Source: an uncultured archaeon (GTDB taxonomy: Archaea > Asgardarchaeota > Lokiarchaeia > Sigyniarchaeales > SOKP01). Taken from it: 19,127 nucleotides of DNA. The DNA is taken from the NCBI GenBank assembly GCA_964447495.1, contig CAYUTF010000064.1:1-19127 (forward strand). Reading direction: 5' to 3'. The notes under the pieces were generated by a model, which did not search any database, had not been told where the DNA came from, and worked only from the letters and a program-made list of their open reading frames with translations. Every line of letters begins with the position of its first letter. The first letter of the stretch is position 1. Shown here piece by piece: positions 16,825-19,127 of the stretch. Position numbers and translations under genes: made by a program.

Positions 16825-17322
16825 TTGGAATCTGGAGAAATTTTTATTATTTTGGGTGGAATTTTAACCTTACTCGGTACTTATGTCTTTGCGATTTATG
16901 GAGTAGCAGGTTTATTTGCTGGTTCAGGAATAGGGTTCATTACCAATTTACCTGATTTATTTGGAAATGCTGACGCAATAGCTCTTGCAACAGGGTGGAA
17001 TGTGATATTTATATATGTATTCACAATCTTATTTTTAGTCTTTCTGGCTTCCGGTGTACTCCAATTATTAGGCATAAAGAATAGAGGCGTAGCTTTTATT
17101 TTTTCACTATTTCCACTAGTCGTTGGCGCGATGATCATACTCCTTTTCTATACGACAATATTAGGACCTACAACGGGTATTTTTACTCTCTATTTCATAG
17201 GCGAACATTTCGGGGGTATCTTTCCATTCATAGTGAATCTTGGAGATGTAGGTTTAGGAGCTTATCTTTTACTTGGTGGAGGAATTTTAGGATTAATTAG
17301 CGTATTTTTACCACGAGATTAA
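16825..17322 (+). CDS. Hypothetical Gly-rich integral membrane protein (about 4 TM segments)
   Basis: TTG start preceded by AAGGTG. Long hydrophobic stretches. Fills the gap between flanking genes. Confidence 0.8.
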   Translation: MESGEIFIILGGILTLLGTYVFAIYGVAGLFAGSGIGFITNLPDLFGNADAIALATGWNVIFIYVFTILFLVFLASGVLQLLGIKNRGVAFIFSLFPLVVGAMIILLFYTTILGPTTGIFTLYFIGEHFGGIFPFIVNLGDVGLGAYLLLGGGILGLISVFLPRD

Positions 17323-17356
17323 ATTAAAAAATTAAACTATTTTATTTTTTTTTAAT

Positions 17357-18028
17357 TTATTTGTAAAGTAGTTTTTCAAGTTCTTTAATATCAGTAAAGT
17401 TATTTATATTTTTAAAAGACAAGAGAAGTGGGTCTAACTTTTTGATTGAATCTTCTATTGAGACATATCGCGTTTTCCATTCTTGGCTTAAAATATTTGT
17501 TAATTTAAATTTTCGCGCCTTAATATTGCTTAAAGTTGTTTGATAAGCTTTTTCAGGGGGATATATAGCAAATAAAGGCTCAATAAATTTATTTTTCCAT
17601 TGTGGGACACAACAATCATATGTTCTGGCTTCTTGAATTAAAAAATCAATGACTTCTTTTTTGATAAGTGGATTATCACATGATAACGCAAATAATTTTT
17701 CATAAGCTAGCTCTTTTAGTTCTTTAAAAGCCGAATAGAGCCCAATCATAGGAGAACGTGCAGTTTTGTCTAAATTAAAATCATAATCATCTATGATAAA
17801 ACCGGTAATCTCTTTTATATTTACTTCATCTATATAGGATTGAACTTGCTGCTTGGAATTAGCTACAAGAAAAATATCATAATTGAACTGCCTTAATATC
17901 TCTAGTTGGTATTCTATTAAGAGTTTTCCTCGAAGTTTAAATAACCCTTTATCTGTTCCAAATCGAATACTTTTCCCACCAACTAATATTGCAAAAGCTA
18001 GATATTTATTTTTTGAACTAATTTTCAA
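17357..18028 (-). CDS. mobA: Molybdenum cofactor guanylyltransferase (MobA-like NTP transferase)
   Basis: ILVGGKSIRFGTDKG, SPMIGLYSA, LSCDNPLI, IEPLFAIY and FKNINNFTD motifs. The start codon (TTG) is approximate. Confidence 0.9.
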   Translation of the reverse strand: MKISSKNKYLAFAILVGGKSIRFGTDKGLFKLRGKLLIEYQLEILRQFNYDIFLVANSKQQVQSYIDEVNIKEITGFIIDDYDFNLDKTARSPMIGLYSAFKELKELAYEKLFALSCDNPLIKKEVIDFLIQEARTYDCCVPQWKNKFIEPLFAIYPPEKAYQTTLSNIKARKFKLTNILSQEWKTRYVSIEDSIKKLDPLLLSFKNINNFTDIKELEKLLYK

Positions 18029-18147
18029 ACAGCTTTTCCTTTATTTTATTAATATTCTATTACACCAATTATTAAAAAATATAAATCATTTAAATTAATT
18101 GCAGTTAAAGTAGATAATGAAATTATCTCTCTAAAACCGACAATATT

Positions 18148-19127
18148 ATGACGAAAAAATATAATAGTGAATCCCAGAGAGATAAACCGCATGAACATTG
18201 TGCTATTTTTGGTGTCGCGTGTAATGATATTGGATTTTCCATCTCAAAATTATTATATAGCGGTTTGATTGCTCAACAGCATAGGGGACAAGAGGCTACA
18301 GGAATATCTCTATTAGAAACTGGTGGGAAGATCTTCACCTATAAAAGAAAGGGTTTAGTTTCAAAAGTCCTAAATACTAAGGTATTATCTAAGCTCTGGG
18401 GGAATGTAGGTATCGGTCATAATAGATATGCAACCACAGGAGCACAGGAATATGATTCACTTGACTATCTTCAACCATTTCATTTCAAAAATAATGAGAT
18501 TGAATTTTCGTTAGCATTTAATGGTACTATTCCAAATTACGCTGAACTCATGAAAAAGTTAGAAGATATGGGTCGAGTATTCGTAACTAATACTGATACG
18601 GAAGTTATTGCTCAGTTTATCGCGTCACTTTCCATTGGTACCGAAGATTGGCCAGAAATATTAAGATTAGCAAGTAAATTCTTTGATGGTTCATATTCTC
18701 TAATATTGTTAACTTCTAAGGGAGATATTTATGCTATGAGAGACCCTTTAGGGTTTAAACCCTTATGTATTGGAGAGTTAAAAACAGCTAAAAGAAATAT
18801 ATATTTTGTATCCTCAGAGTCGTGTGGTATTGACGCAGTTGATGGTGAATTCTTAAGAGATGTAAAACCGGGTGAGATAGTTCATTTAAGCCACCAAAAG
18901 GATATTCATTCTGAGATGGTTTTAGGGACGGATAAAACAGCAATATGCCAATTTGAATATGTATATTTTGCCCGCCCAGATTCAATAATTGATGGTGTAT
19001 CTGTAGCTGAAGCACGAGTACGATTAGGAATGTATTTAGCGAAAAACGACCCAATTTTAAACGATCCAGAGATTAAAGAAAATGCTATTGTAGTACCCGT
19101 ACCCGATTCTGGTAGAAGTGTTGCTGT
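18148..19127 (+). CDS. purF: Amidophosphoribosyltransferase, N-terminal part (runs off the right edge)
   Basis: Not in the ORF track. Manual translation gives MTKKYNSESQRDKPHEH-CAIFG (17-aa propeptide, then the Ntn Cys), QHRGQE, GIGHNRYATTG, AFNG, DTEVI, RDPLGFKPL, CQFEYVYFARPDS and VPVPDSG. Confidence 0.96.
   Translation, partial: MTKKYNSESQRDKPHEHCAIFGVACNDIGFSISKLLYSGLIAQQHRGQEATGISLLETGGKIFTYKRKGLVSKVLNTKVLSKLWGNVGIGHNRYATTGAQEYDSLDYLQPFHFKNNEIEFSLAFNGTIPNYAELMKKLEDMGRVFVTNTDTEVIAQFIASLSIGTEDWPEILRLASKFFDGSYSLILLTSKGDIYAMRDPLGFKPLCIGELKTAKRNIYFVSSESCGIDAVDGEFLRDVKPGEIVHLSHQKDIHSEMVLGTDKTAICQFEYVYFARPDSIIDGVSVAEARVRLGMYLAKNDPILNDPEIKENAIVVPVPDSGRSVA

Noticed and set aside
18148-18198. PurF N-terminal extension before the catalytic Cys
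   Set aside because: A cleavable propeptide is established for Bacillus-type, archaeal and eukaryotic PurF; not novel.
14778-19054. Short ORFs 14778..15074, 15456..15692, 15968..16183, 16251..16439, 16896..17138, 17883..18098 and 18788..19054
   Set aside because: They overlap well-supported genes (fwdA, QueG-like, membrane protein, mobA, purF) and have no independent support.
1-19127. CRISPR arrays, rRNA, IS elements and long tandem repeats
   Set aside because: None seen. Intergenic regions are short AT-rich stretches without regularly spaced repeats.

Overview
AT-rich archaeal window, most consistent with an Asgard archaeon (Lokiarchaeia-like). This is inferred from gene content: an Arf/Rag-type small GTPase, a roadblock protein, a longin-like domain, FwdA, AOR and a BHB-type tRNA intron. 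The left two-thirds is a cysteine-centred neighbourhood: a class V PLP C-S lyase-like gene, cysE-cysK, an intron-containing tRNA-Cys(GCA) and cysS. Nested within it is a four-gene minus-strand unit (ArsR regulator, small GTPase, MASE3-PAS-PAS histidine kinase, response regulator) with a divergent Lrp/AsnC gene. The main finding is the response regulator's output domain. It resembles a C9orf72/SMCR8/FLCN/NPRL2-type longin (uDENN) domain and has an arginine at the position of the eukaryotic GAP arginine finger, suggesting a two-component phosphorelay wired to a eukaryote-like GTPase switch. The second highlight is a tRNA-Cys with a predicted 28-nt intron at non-canonical position 15/16 and an A18/G55 substitution. 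The right part holds metabolic genes: PIG-L deacetylase, roadblock, enoyl-CoA hydratase, orphan fwdA, QueG-like Fe-S protein, a membrane protein, mobA and partial purF. All calls come from motif reading by eye; no searches were run.
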